Shown piece after piece: positions 27,110 through 36,898 of a stretch of DNA of 64,000 nt (positions are counted from its first letter, which is position 1; the number at the start of each line of letters is the position of its first letter). Under the pieces are notes generated by a model. The model was given only the letters and a program-made list of their open reading frames with translations, was not told the origin of the DNA and made no database searches. The stretch spans positions 1 through 64,000 of the forward strand of contig CAVYSE010000020.1 of NCBI GenBank assembly GCA_963771075.1, in the 5' to 3' direction. A program made the position numbers and the translations under genes. This DNA is from a candidate division FCPU426 bacterium. GTDB taxonomy: Bacteria; Oederibacteriota; Muellerivitia; Muellerivitales; Muellerivitaceae.

Positions 27110-27861
27110 ATGTTTTCTGCTCGTTTGGTTTTGTTGGTTTTGATTATTGGAGTTTTACCTGCTTGTACTGGTAAAACAGGACCTGCTGGTCCTAATGGTT
27201 CAAACGGCACATCGGCGCCGAATACATTTGAGGCCATGTTCCAAAACGGTGTTTTCCCTTCGACTTCCTATACAGGTGAACTTGACACTTGGGTGAACGG
27301 TGGTGCGCCAGGGCAAACGAAATCGCTTCGCCTTATCTTGAACTTAATACAGGTTCGGCCTATTCAGATTATTCAAGAATCTTGATACGTTTTAATGTTT
27401 CTACGCTTCCGTTAAACGCTTCAATTGTTTCTGCTGAATTGTTACTTACAACGGAAACCCAAACAACTGTTAGTTCAAGCCCTATTACCATTGGTTTGCA
27501 TAATTTAGCAAATGATACCTTTTCGGCCTGTAATTGGCTATTTAATGCTAATTGGGGAGGGTGGAGCGGTAGTCAGAGTTGGAATTTATGTACAGGGGAT
27601 ACCACTCCGCAACAGGAGGGATATATAAACCCAACCACGATCAGCACCGTTGTTTTCACATCCGCCAACAATTCCAAATCCCAAGTATTCAAGTGGAGCA
27701 TCGACCCGACCATTGTTCAGGCCTGGGTGGCGGGTACTTACAACAACGGGTTAATTCTTAAGTCAGAGGGTGAGTTTGGCGAACCGACTTCGGCGGTGGA
27801 TTTCTACCCCTACACGGATACAACGGGCAAAGCGGCGCAACTCATTGTTGAATATCAATAA
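27110..27861 (+). CDS. Lipoprotein with short collagen-like stretch and DNRLRE-like beta-sandwich (one frameshift near 27312)
   Basis: Lipobox LPA-C; GKTGPAGPNGSNG; SRILIRFNVSTLPLNASIVSAELLL...VQAWVAGTYNNGLILKS. The two ORFs join by adding one G. Confidence 0.65.
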
Positions 27862-27876
27862 ACTAAAAGGTTAAAA

Positions 27877-28335
27877 ATGAAAAAATTACTCAGCCTCATT
27901 CTCTTGGTGATGTTCCTGATGCCAATCGTTTCGCATGCGGAATCGTCCATTCGAGTGTTGGTAACTATTCGTGATGACAGCGATTCGGCGAGTCAGTTTA
28001 AAAGTTTGATTATGGAACGGTTAACCGACATGAAAGATATTAGTGTCATGAATGACCCGAAAACCCAGACCGAAGATATGGAACTGAAAATGGTATTGCT
28101 GGAACAGAAGAATGACAATGGCGATATCATCGGGTTCACCCTATCGATCGATACTTACAAAAACTGCAAATTTAACATACTGGAAATCATGACCGCCGAT
28201 AATATCGACCGTTTAGGAAACATGGTTCTGGATTATTTGAAGACCAAAATATTTAAACCCTACCTGGATAATAAATTGTGGATTGACCCGAGTTTGAAGC
28301 CGAAACCCGCTGATGATAACGATATCAACCCTTGA
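27877..28335 (+). CDS. Exported hypothetical protein
   Basis: Signal peptide MKKLLSLILLVMFLMPIVSHA; 152 aa. Confidence 0.7.
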   Translation: MKKLLSLILLVMFLMPIVSHAESSIRVLVTIRDDSDSASQFKSLIMERLTDMKDISVMNDPKTQTEDMELKMVLLEQKNDNGDIIGFTLSIDTYKNCKFNILEIMTADNIDRLGNMVLDYLKTKIFKPYLDNKLWIDPSLKPKPADDNDINP

Positions 28336-28362
28336 TTTTTAATAAACAGGCAGGAGGATCAA

Positions 28363-28812
28363 ATGCTTTTTGACCTATTCAAGAAAAAAGAAGAAATCGG
28401 CAATCAAGTCGAAATCGACGGTTTTTTTAAAAGCCTCGGCGATTCAACGAGCCCCCAAAGGTTCGATAAGGCGGCGGAAGCCTTCCGCGCATCCCTTCAA
28501 GTTGTCCTGAAAGAATCGGCGGACAACGCCCGGGAAGTCGTCATTGATTTCATGAATTTTCTCAGTGACGACGGCTTAATCCAGAACTCTGATACCCCCG
28601 CTTGGGAAGTGCCCTATGGATGCCGGGTAGAAGGTTTCAAACGCTTGATGGCCAAAGATTGGGCCGGTCTCTCAAAGAAGTTCAGCGAACCCGGTGCGGT
28701 GCAAAAGGTCCTTTCGGATAGCCTGGAACAGGACTTCCCATTATCCAAACAGGCCCAGGCTTTTTTTGGCCTCAAGAAAGACCGGGACCCTTTGGATTCA
28801 TTTCCGGGCTAA
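28363..28812 (+). CDS. Hypothetical protein
   Basis: AGGAGG ribosome-binding site; 149-aa ORF with no recognised motif. Confidence 0.7.
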   Translation: MLFDLFKKKEEIGNQVEIDGFFKSLGDSTSPQRFDKAAEAFRASLQVVLKESADNAREVVIDFMNFLSDDGLIQNSDTPAWEVPYGCRVEGFKRLMAKDWAGLSKKFSEPGAVQKVLSDSLEQDFPLSKQAQAFFGLKKDRDPLDSFPG

Positions 28813-28827
28813 GCGGCCCGAAGCCCC

Positions 28828-30010
28828 TCAACGGACCAGCAGGACCTTCTTCATTTTGTGGTCGAGCGGTTCCACCAAATAAATCAGGTAAATCCCGCTG
28901 GCGCAGGGGTTGTTGGCGTAGTTGGTGCCGTTCCAGGGGGGGCCGGCATAGGTGATGGGCTGGTTCGCGGTTTGATTGGGTACGAGTGCCTTGATGAATT
29001 CACCGGCGGTGTTGTAGATCTTCAACGAATAAGGCCCGGGGAACTGGGAATAGCCCACGAAAATTGAAAGCGGCCCCTGCGCGGGTCTGAAAACATTCTG
29101 GCTGACATAAAAGTTGTCCTCATAAGGTATGGTCGCCGTCGGGGTCAAGGTGACGGTCGGCGACAAGGTGATGGTGGGCGTCAGGGTGACCGTCGGCGTG
29201 ATCGTGATGGTGGGAGTTGAAGTGGGGGTTAGGGTTTGGGTGGGGGATGGGGTGGTTGTTGGGGTGAGTGTCGAGGTGGGGCTATCGGTGGCAGTCCAGC
29301 TGGCCGTCGGTGTCACCGTAAAGGTCGGGGTGGGGGTTGGGGTCAAGGTTTGGGTCGGTGTGATGGTGGGTGTGATGCAGGGGGGGACATAGACCAATTC
29401 ATAATTGGCCCCCGTCGATCCGACTTCCCCATCCGTCGCCGCGAAGTCCAGCAGGTTCGTCCCCCCGATGTTCAAGTCCGCCGCCGGCACATTGACGGGG
29501 GTATTGAGCGAACCGGGGCCTGTCACACAACCTCCCGCCCAAGCCGATCCGCAGGTAGTGATCTCATTCCCGTTGAGGGTGACCGCCGCGAAATCATCCG
29601 CCTGGTAATAGAAGATAAACGACCCCGTACTCATCCAGGAGGGGATGGTGAAGGTCTGGTAGATGTGGTAAGTCCAAGGCGCGGTCGGTTCGGGTGAATC
29701 CGCGGAGTTGTCGAAGCTGATCCAGTTAGAACCGGGATAGGGGGGCGGCTCCGGGTTATCCGTGACGACCACCGCTGGCATGGGGCTGGGAAAGACGGTG
29801 CCCGACGAATAGATATAATCCGCCCCGTTGCCGCTGTAGAAAACCAGCTGGGACGAACAGGAGGGGACCTGCGTTTCGGTTGGAAAGGGAGTCGCCGTAA
29901 AAGTGGGGATTTGGGCTTGGGAAGGCAATGCCGTTAGGCTCAGGAGACCCAGGGCCAGGCAAGTGCCAAAGAATAGGTGTTTTTTCCTAATACCTGAAGC
30001 CAAGATTCAT
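28828..30010 (-). CDS. Secreted lectin-like protein with Thr/Pro linker and FlgD-Ig / T9SS-CTD-like C-terminal domain
   Basis: Signal peptide; ADDFAAVTLNG...LNIGGTNLL galactose-binding-like domain; PT repeats; LKIYNTAGEFIK..WNGTN..ASGIYLI..KKVLLVR. ATG 30010 with GAGGAG is one frame off the ORF that starts at 30003. Confidence 0.75.
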
Positions 30011-30173
30011 ACTCCTCGCCAAGATGGCGATATTTTACCAGAACCTGTGCCTTTCAATCGCAAGTTCGAAGGGTGTCATGTTGTAAGCCAAGTAGTTTAA
30101 CTGAAATACTTTTGTTTTTTACGCGTGTTAATAAGAGAAGTTAGGCTTTTAGGGTGGGCGCCCTGGTAAAAGG

Positions 30174-30824
30174 CTAATTGATCCGGTTGATGAAATTCAT
30201 GACAGCGGCCTCGCTCACGAAGCCCGTCATCTGGGTGGCGGGCCCATTGTCTGGATATTGGACCACCAAGGTGGGGAAGCCGGTCACGTGGTATTTGGCC
30301 TGCAGGTCGGCGACCTCCGGCGGGTTCTGGCCCTGTTCCTGTTTCGCGTCCCACACCGCCACCGGCACATAATTTTCGTTGATCTTCGAGGCGTCCTGGG
30401 TGTTCTCGAAAACATTCTCCCTCATGCGTTTGCAGTAACCGCACCAATGGGCCGTAAAGGCGTAGAGGATCGGTTTCCGGCTCTGTTGGGACAAAGCCTG
30501 CCCCTGGGCGGGTTGTTGCCAGTCAATCGTGCCGCTTCCTAAGGAGCTTCCTCCAAAGGCCTTGGAAATCAAACATAATGGGAACATTTGTCCGTGGTAA
30601 CAGGCGGCCAGTATGTCGGTGAAAAGAAAACCCGACAGGCCCAGTGCCAAAAGAACCCTGCCAGCTTTCTTTTTGAACTCCGGGATGCCCCAAATTATCG
30701 AGAAGCAGGCCGGGAGCAAACCCACTAGCGGTATTAGGGAAGCGGCTCCCACGGCGAAATGCCATTTTCCGATGGGGTTTCGGGGCGCTTGGTTACTTTT
30801 CCTGCGAACTTTGCGAGGTGTCAT
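30174..30824 (-). CDS. Membrane-anchored thioredoxin-fold protein (WCGYC)
   Basis: N-terminal TM helices; FTAHWCGYCKRM; cis-Pro loop VTGFPT. Confidence 0.85.
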   Translation of the reverse strand: MTPRKVRRKSNQAPRNPIGKWHFAVGAASLIPLVGLLPACFSIIWGIPEFKKKAGRVLLALGLSGFLFTDILAACYHGQMFPLCLISKAFGGSSLGSGTIDWQQPAQGQALSQQSRKPILYAFTAHWCGYCKRMRENVFENTQDASKINENYVPVAVWDAKQEQGQNPPEVADLQAKYHVTGFPTLVVQYPDNGPATQMTGFVSEAAVMNFINRIN

Positions 30825-31056
30825 GGGCGTATTTTACGTGGAATTAGTTCGGGGACCAGCCCCCTCAAGAAAATATAAAGAGAACCCCTCGGCCTTGACC
30901 GCGAAGCCAAGGATCACTTTGGAACTGCCCCCCCAAGTTCTATGACAAAACACTTGTTTTCCAGCGTCCCCCTCCCGAAAAACGATTTAGGAACGCCGAT
31001 CAAAGTTTTGACATGGGCCATTTCTTGGCGAGTAGCCCTTCCGAAGGATGGCCGAT

Positions 31057-31342
31057 ATGGTGGTAAAAGGTTACCAGGAACATGTTCCAATCCATTCCGC
31101 CTTGGGTGTCATGGATCGTCGCGGCTGAGAATTAAAATCAATCGGACGAATTATTTTGAAATTTACATTCCCGCCTCCGCAAGCTTGATAGTATCATTCA
31201 TCAGGTTTAACGCCCCTTTTTGAAATTGAGGGGAAAGAAAAATAAAAAAATTAGGGGAGCCGCCATGAAGCATCAAGGGTGGACTTTATTTCTCGTGTTG
31301 GTATTAGGCCAAGCCTTGGTCCTGTCCCACCTGGCCTGCGGG
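31057..31342 (+). repeat. Direct repeat copy 1: upstream region plus lipoprotein signal peptide
   Basis: Near-identical to 33448-33731; the 78 nt from the ATG through the codons for LACG are identical. Confidence 0.95.
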
Positions 31343-33358
31343 AACGGCAATACCCCCACCAGCGCCCCCGCACCCGTGACGGTCGTTCAACTGGTGACGG
31401 CCACACCCACCCCCACAACTTCAGGCACTGCCCTATTCACGGCTACCTCCACAAAAACGATCACTTTAAGCCCCACCGTCACCAATTCCCTTACGATTAC
31501 CTTCACGCCCACCATCACGGGAACCTTCACCCAAACGAACACTCCCACGGTAACGAATACCCCCACCGCGACCTCGACTCCCATGATCCTGTCGGTGGCA
31601 ACCGTCCTCGGCACACCCGCGGACTCGACGCAGGCCCCCGGGGCGCAGAATGTGCCCATGATGCAGTTCAGCGTTAACAATCCCGGACCTGCCCCGGTGA
31701 CCCTTTACGGATTTATTTTTCAATCCGTGGATTCAAGCAATGGGTCGCAAATATCGGGGGTCGCCCTTTTGAATTCCCAGGGAACCCTGTTGGATAGCCG
31801 GGATTACAATTCGGGCTATGTGACGTTGGGAGGCGCTCCGCTAACGATCCTCGCAGGCGGTTCGGCTACTTTTGTGACGAATTATAATTTTCAGGCGACG
31901 GCGGCGACCGGGGAATACAGCATGTCCCTGATGGGCATCAAGGGCCGGGATGACACCGGGCAGCTGGTCCAGGTCACAGGGGTTCCCGTGAGGGGCGCCC
32001 TGATCACGGTCGCGCAGTCGACCTTGGTCCCGACCAATAGCCCGACCAATAGCTTCACCTTCACTCCAACCTATACGGGAACCATCACCCCGACGATCAC
32101 CATGACCCCTCCCTTTACGGCGACTCCCACCCCGACTTCGACCCCCTACCTTTTGTCGGTGGCGACCCTCGCGGGTACGCCCTCGGCTTCGTTACAGATT
32201 CCCGGGGTGCAGAACGTGGCGGTGATGCAGTTGAGTGTGAACAACGCTGGATCAGCCCCAGTTACCTTATACGGATTGGTATTACAGGCGGTCGATTCCA
32301 CCTATGGGTCACAGATCGAGGCGGTGGATCTTTTAAACGCCCAAGGCGCCTTATTGGATAGCAAGCCGTTTGGCAATTCGGGTTATGTGACCTTGGGAGG
32401 CGCACCCCTGACAGTGCCGGGGTCTGGCGCGGTGACCTTCGGGGTGAATTATGACTTTCAGGCGTCGGCCGGGAATGGAACCTACACGGTGGGTTTGACG
32501 GGTTTGCGGGGAGTCGATGACACCGGCCAACCGGTACAGGTATCGGGGATTCCGGTGACGGGCGCGGCCATCTCGATCGCCCAACCAACGGTGACTCAAA
32601 CGGTCACCCCGACCAGCAGTCCCACCATCACCTTTACGCCCGCCAATACCTCCACGCCTTCTTGTCCAAGTGGGGAGTACAATTGCGGGGGCCAGTGCGT
32701 CAATTTTCAAACCGACAACAATAATTGCGGGGCCTGTGGGTTTGCCTGCGCCGCTGGACAAGTTTGTTCGGGCGGTTCTTGCCAATTAAGCTGTGAGACC
32801 GGCGAGACGAATTGTTCCGGGCAGTGCGTCAACCTTCAAACGAGCGACCAAAACTGCGGGACCTGTGGACATGCCTGCGCCGCTGGACAAGTATGTTCGG
32901 GTGGTACTTGCGCCATTAGTTGTCAAAGTGGCTTAACGAATTGTTCGGGGGAGTGCACCAACCTGCAAACCGACAACAGCAACTGCGGAGCCTGCGCTCA
33001 CCCATGCGCGGCCGGGCAAATATGTTCGGGCGGTTCTTGCCAATTAAGTTGCGAGAACGGAGAAACCGCTTGTTCCGGGCAGTGCGTCAACCTTCAAACG
33101 AGCAACCAAAACTGCGGGGCGTGTGGGGTTGCCTGCGCCTCTGGACAAGTATGTTCGAGCGGGAAATGCACAATTACCTGTCCTTCGGGCGAAACCGCAT
33201 GCCCTTCTTCTAGCCCGACCGGTTGTTTCAATCTCTCCAATGATGTCAACAACTGCGGGTCGTGCGGGCATGTGTGCGCTCCCGGCCTGGATTGTGTTGG
33301 CAGTAGTTGCGTCAATACGGTGCCAACCGTAACACCGACCCCGACCGCCACGCCCTGA
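31265..33358 (+). CDS. Lipoprotein with Thr/Pro linkers, two Ig-like domains and five Cys-rich repeats
   Basis: Lipobox LA-C; duplicated domain (PGAQNVPMMQFSVNN / PGVQNVAVMQLSVNN); repeats of the form CVNLQTxxxNCGACGxACAAGQVCSGGxC. Confidence 0.85.
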   Translation: MKHQGWTLFLVLVLGQALVLSHLACGNGNTPTSAPAPVTVVQLVTATPTPTTSGTALFTATSTKTITLSPTVTNSLTITFTPTITGTFTQTNTPTVTNTPTATSTPMILSVATVLGTPADSTQAPGAQNVPMMQFSVNNPGPAPVTLYGFIFQSVDSSNGSQISGVALLNSQGTLLDSRDYNSGYVTLGGAPLTILAGGSATFVTNYNFQATAATGEYSMSLMGIKGRDDTGQLVQVTGVPVRGALITVAQSTLVPTNSPTNSFTFTPTYTGTITPTITMTPPFTATPTPTSTPYLLSVATLAGTPSASLQIPGVQNVAVMQLSVNNAGSAPVTLYGLVLQAVDSTYGSQIEAVDLLNAQGALLDSKPFGNSGYVTLGGAPLTVPGSGAVTFGVNYDFQASAGNGTYTVGLTGLRGVDDTGQPVQVSGIPVTGAAISIAQPTVTQTVTPTSSPTITFTPANTSTPSCPSGEYNCGGQCVNFQTDNNNCGACGFACAAGQVCSGGSCQLSCETGETNCSGQCVNLQTSDQNCGTCGHACAAGQVCSGGTCAISCQSGLTNCSGECTNLQTDNSNCGACAHPCAAGQICSGGSCQLSCENGETACSGQCVNLQTSNQNCGACGVACASGQVCSSGKCTITCPSGETACPSSSPTGCFNLSNDVNNCGSCGHVCAPGLDCVGSSCVNTVPTVTPTPTATP
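32663..33310 (+). repeat. Five tandem ~129-bp (43-aa, 8-Cys) coding repeats
   Basis: Read directly from the translation; resembles Stig1-like / myxobacterial Cys-rich repeats. Confidence 0.9.
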
Positions 33359-33447
33359 CGGGAACTACGTCCAGAGTAAGCCCTCCCCCGACGGGGGAGG
33401 GAAGTGCCGGTTATCCAATCATCCACCGGTGTGAGACGGCTAAAACC

Positions 33448-33731
33448 ATGGTGGAAAAAGGTTACCAGGAACATATCCAAATCCTTTACGCCTTGGGTGT
33501 CATGGATCGTCGCGGCTGAAAATTAAAATCAATCGGTGAATTAATTTGAAATTTACATTCCCGCCTCTACAAGATTGATAGTATCATTCATGAAGTTCGA
33601 CGCCCCCTTTTTGAAATTGAGGGGAATGTAAATAAAAAATTAGGGGAGCCGCGATGAAGCATCAAGGGTGGACTTTATTTCTCGTGTTGGTATTAGGCCA
33701 AGCCTTGGTCCTGTCCCACCTGGCCTGCGGG
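33448..33731 (+). repeat. Direct repeat copy 2: upstream region plus lipoprotein signal peptide
   Basis: Matches 31057-31342; similarity stops right after the lipobox Cys-Gly. Confidence 0.95.
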
Positions 33732-35291
33732 GGCGGAAACAACAACCCGACGACTCCTGGCGGCAATAATAACGGGTCCAACCCAACCTCAACCTTTACC
33801 ACGACCGCCCAAGCGACCAACACCCAGACTTCCAGCCCTACCTTCACGAAAACCCTTGTCAATTCGCCCAGCCCCACCTTGACCCTCACGAACACCCCGA
33901 CCAACTCGCCCACGGGCACTCCCACTGTTACCTCCACCCCGACCTTGACGGGAACCATCACGAACACGCCAGTCTTCACCGCTACCGGCACCATCACCGG
34001 CACGCCGACCTCCAGCTCGACTGAAACGGCCACCGATGTTCCTAGCGGCACCCCCACAACCACGTCCACTACCACGTCCACCCCCATCATGACCGGAACC
34101 CTCACCTTTACCGCGACCGCTGACCCTTCCGATACGCCTACCGCCAGTGGGACCCCAACCGCGACCTTAACCCAAACGGATACACCCACGGACTTGCCCA
34201 CAAGCACGCCGACCGACCTGCCCTCCGCCACGCCCACCCAAACCTCGACCTCGACGGTGGGAATTGGTTCCGCTTGCTCGTACGACAGTGACTGCGCCAC
34301 CGGGGATTATTGCTCGGGCGTGACCTGCGCGGCGAAATTGAACCAAGGCAATGTTTGCTCGGCGGCCGATCAATGTATAACCGGTAATTGTGTGGATGGT
34401 TATTGTTGTAATACCGCTTGCGGAAGTGGTGTTTGTTCGGCGGTCCTAAAGGGCGGAGGATCGAATGGGGTTTGTGGTTGTATAGCGATTGGCCTTCCAT
34501 ACCCCTTGAGTCCCAATCAATGCTGTACCAGTTACGGGGCAGGCGGGGTTTGCCAAAACGCGCCAACACTCACGCCCACCGTTACCCCGACCTCCACGCC
34601 GTCCGCGACCCCCACCTCCACACCCACCGCCAGCCCCACCGTTACCTTAACCGGCACTTTCACTCCCACGCCTGGGTCGAACGGTGTGACCTGGACTTTC
34701 TCGGATTGCGGGTCGGGCAGTTCCGGCCCCACGGACGGATGGATTCAGGCCTCCCCGACATCCCCTTCAACTTTGGTTTCCATTCAAACCATCACGGGTT
34801 TGGGTAGTGGGCTTGTTGGTTCAAGCACTTGCGGATTGGCTTTCTATCTCCCCGGAGGCGCCATGTCGAATGGTATGTGTAGCTGGCAGTCAACGGGGAC
34901 GGACATCGAGACAGTTTCGGCCTACGCTAACTTATCTGTACCCATCAACTGGACCCAAAACGGGTTAACCACGATATCCCTTCAATTTACCTATAATGGT
35001 TATGGAGCCGGTATCCAACCGATCATCGTGGCGGGTTCCGGTCCGACGACTTACAGTGGAACCGTCGTTAATGACAACCAAAGTTCACCCAGTTGGTTGA
35101 CGGCCATCTTTAGTCCATCCTTCAACGGTTCTGATGGAACCCAAGTTTTGGCGGCCGGTTTAGTTGTGAACGAAATGGCTCCACCCCTCTCCATGCCCAA
35201 TCCACATCCCCCCCCCGCTACTATTTGCGCGCCGTCCGGTGAAGAATTGGGCCCTGAAACCATATACGTTGATAACATTGAATTTTATTGA
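33654..35291 (+). CDS. Lipoprotein with long Thr/Pro stalk, Cys-rich domain and C-terminal CBM-like sandwich
   Basis: Same signal peptide as 31265; CITGNCVDGYCCNTAC; ends TIYVDNIEFY. Confidence 0.8.
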   Translation: MKHQGWTLFLVLVLGQALVLSHLACGGGNNNPTTPGGNNNGSNPTSTFTTTAQATNTQTSSPTFTKTLVNSPSPTLTLTNTPTNSPTGTPTVTSTPTLTGTITNTPVFTATGTITGTPTSSSTETATDVPSGTPTTTSTTTSTPIMTGTLTFTATADPSDTPTASGTPTATLTQTDTPTDLPTSTPTDLPSATPTQTSTSTVGIGSACSYDSDCATGDYCSGVTCAAKLNQGNVCSAADQCITGNCVDGYCCNTACGSGVCSAVLKGGGSNGVCGCIAIGLPYPLSPNQCCTSYGAGGVCQNAPTLTPTVTPTSTPSATPTSTPTASPTVTLTGTFTPTPGSNGVTWTFSDCGSGSSGPTDGWIQASPTSPSTLVSIQTITGLGSGLVGSSTCGLAFYLPGGAMSNGMCSWQSTGTDIETVSAYANLSVPINWTQNGLTTISLQFTYNGYGAGIQPIIVAGSGPTTYSGTVVNDNQSSPSWLTAIFSPSFNGSDGTQVLAAGLVVNEMAPPLSMPNPHPPPATICAPSGEELGPETIYVDNIEFY

Positions 35292-35408
35292 TCAGCTTCA
35301 CTAAAGCGCGATCCCTGAAAGGATTTGACCTATCAAGCGGTATCGTTCAATCCCCGGGTTCCCGTTAATTGTGTCGGCAATATTTTCACATGCCTGCGGT
35401 ACCAGTGA

Positions 35409-35431
35409 AAAAAGGGGCAAAACCCCTTTTT
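35409..35431. terminator. Possible bidirectional terminator hairpin
   Basis: AAAAAGGGG-CAAAA-CCCCTTTTT. Confidence 0.5.
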
Positions 35432-35675
35432 CCATCCTGCTACCTCACCCTGAGGCGGCGTGACAAATAACCGGGCCGGAAAAAATTTCAGGTTTTGAAT
35501 TTCTGCTTTCTGCCAAATCACGCCTTCCCATGGCTTCTTTACCAAACACCGACCCACTAGGAGAAACATTTGTTGGCGGCCGAGACCAATGAAAATTAAA
35601 ATCAATCGTACGAAGCCCATCATCTGGGTGGTGTCCACCCAATTGGCCAAAGCCACCCTGTGGGACTCAGTTATC

Positions 35676-36636
35676 AAATTTAAGGGTTTTTTGAAGATTT
35701 TGGTAAATCAACTCTTTTGCCGTTTGATTTCTTCCCCATCGGAAAGTTCGCTTTCCCTCCTGTCCGGCTTCAGGCCGGTCCCAGGGCCTAAAGCGGCCAG
35801 ATGAGGGACGGCATTCTCAGAAATACCCCTAATTCCCTTATTTGAATTCGTGGCTTGGTCACGAATTACCCTCCTTCGGGGCCTACAGCGCCTAATCGTA
35901 CGGCAGAACTCTTCGAAATCCCTTCATTTTGTGTGACCGTAATACGGGCTCGTAAGGCCATCGCTTCGAGGTATGGGAGGGGTAATAGCCGAAGCGCCCG
36001 CCCAACCTTTTCCGAGGCAGACCCTTACCGGTCCGTAATGCGTCTTTGGGTCAGTATCGGGTTGGCGCTTTGCATTGGAATATGCACAATCCGACTGCCC
36101 GAGTCCTCATAAAAGAAAATCCTCAAAAAACCCTTAAAAATGGCATTCGCCCGGCGAATGCGAAAAATAAGGGTTTTTCGCGTGGATGGTTTGGGTACTA
36201 ATAGACCCTTTAAAATAAGGGATTTGCTTGTCCGAGGATCGGACAAGTGGAAATAAGGGAATTGGCCATCTCCTGGGAAAAGCCAGGGCTCGTTGCCAAT
36301 TAACGTCAGGGCCTGACGTTAATTGGCAACAAGAATCACCCCACATCTAAAACAAGGGAGTTCTAATTCGGAGTATCCGATTTATAAAATAAGGGTTTTT
36401 TGAAAACCGAGGGAAGCCTTTTGGCATTGGCCGACCTTTGGGACTAAACCGGCCAAATGGGATAAAGCCAAATCAGAAATACTCAAATTTCCCTTATTTT
36501 TAGTGTTCGTAATACGAACAATCAAATCCCTAGCTTCATGGTTGAGGAGGAGCAGAAGACGATGCGCCCGGGTTACCTTCTCCCGGTCAAACCCTAATCG
36601 GTTTGTAATGCGTCTTTGGGTCAGGATCGGGTTGGC
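35676..36636. repeat. Non-coding array of TAAGGG/CCCTTA motifs, palindromes and degenerate direct repeats
   Basis: About ten motif copies and six short palindromes; blocks 35783-35843 / 36439-36499 and 35916-36066 / 36486-36636 align. Confidence 0.8.
36292..36330. repeat. Perfect 19-bp inverted repeat with 1-nt centre
   Basis: GTTGCCAATTAACGTCAGG-G-CCTGACGTTAATTGGCAAC. Confidence 0.97.
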
Positions 36637-36803
36637 CCGGATCAGGGTTTCGATGGCCTGGTAGTTTGCGAACCAGCCCTTATCACAAACGCCATGGTCA
36701 ATCGGGGTTTATCAGGACTCCATCGTCAGGGGCTTGGTCGGATCGGGTTGAACTATCGCGGGGTAACAAAGGGCCCGGGCTGGATCTTTTGTTCACGAAA
36801 ATG

Positions 36804-36832
36804 AAAAAGCCCGAACAATTTTGCCCAGGCTT
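36804..36832 (-). terminator. Rho-independent terminator after the micro-ORF
   Basis: Minus strand AAGCCUGGGCAA-AA-UUGUUCGGGCUU-UUU. The stem pairs fully only on this strand (three G-U pairs). Confidence 0.75.
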
Positions 36833-36856
36833 ATTTCAACTAAACAATAAAACTAA

Positions 36857-36898
36857 TTACTTCTTTTTCTTCTTGGCGGGTTTCTTCTTCGTGGCCAC
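36857..36898 (-). CDS. 13-aa Lys-rich micro-protein MATKKKPAKKKKK
   Basis: AGGAGGT at 36910-36904, 5-nt spacer, GTG start, TAA stop, and its own terminator 25 nt downstream. Confidence 0.7.
   Translation of the reverse strand: MATKKKPAKKKKK

Noticed and set aside
31057..31128. Conserved 23-aa leader peptide at the start of the duplicated cassette (also 33448-33519)
   Set aside because: The frame is open in both copies, but all five differing codons change the amino acid and the second copy lacks an SD, so there is no sign of selection on the peptide.
33381..33401. Intrinsic terminator after the 31265 gene
   Set aside because: Perfect 10-bp stem but no U tract on either strand; function unassigned.
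35676..36750. CRISPR array or integron attC array
   Set aside because: No constant repeat with regular spacers, motifs occur in both orientations, and there is no cas or integrase gene or cassette ORF in the window.
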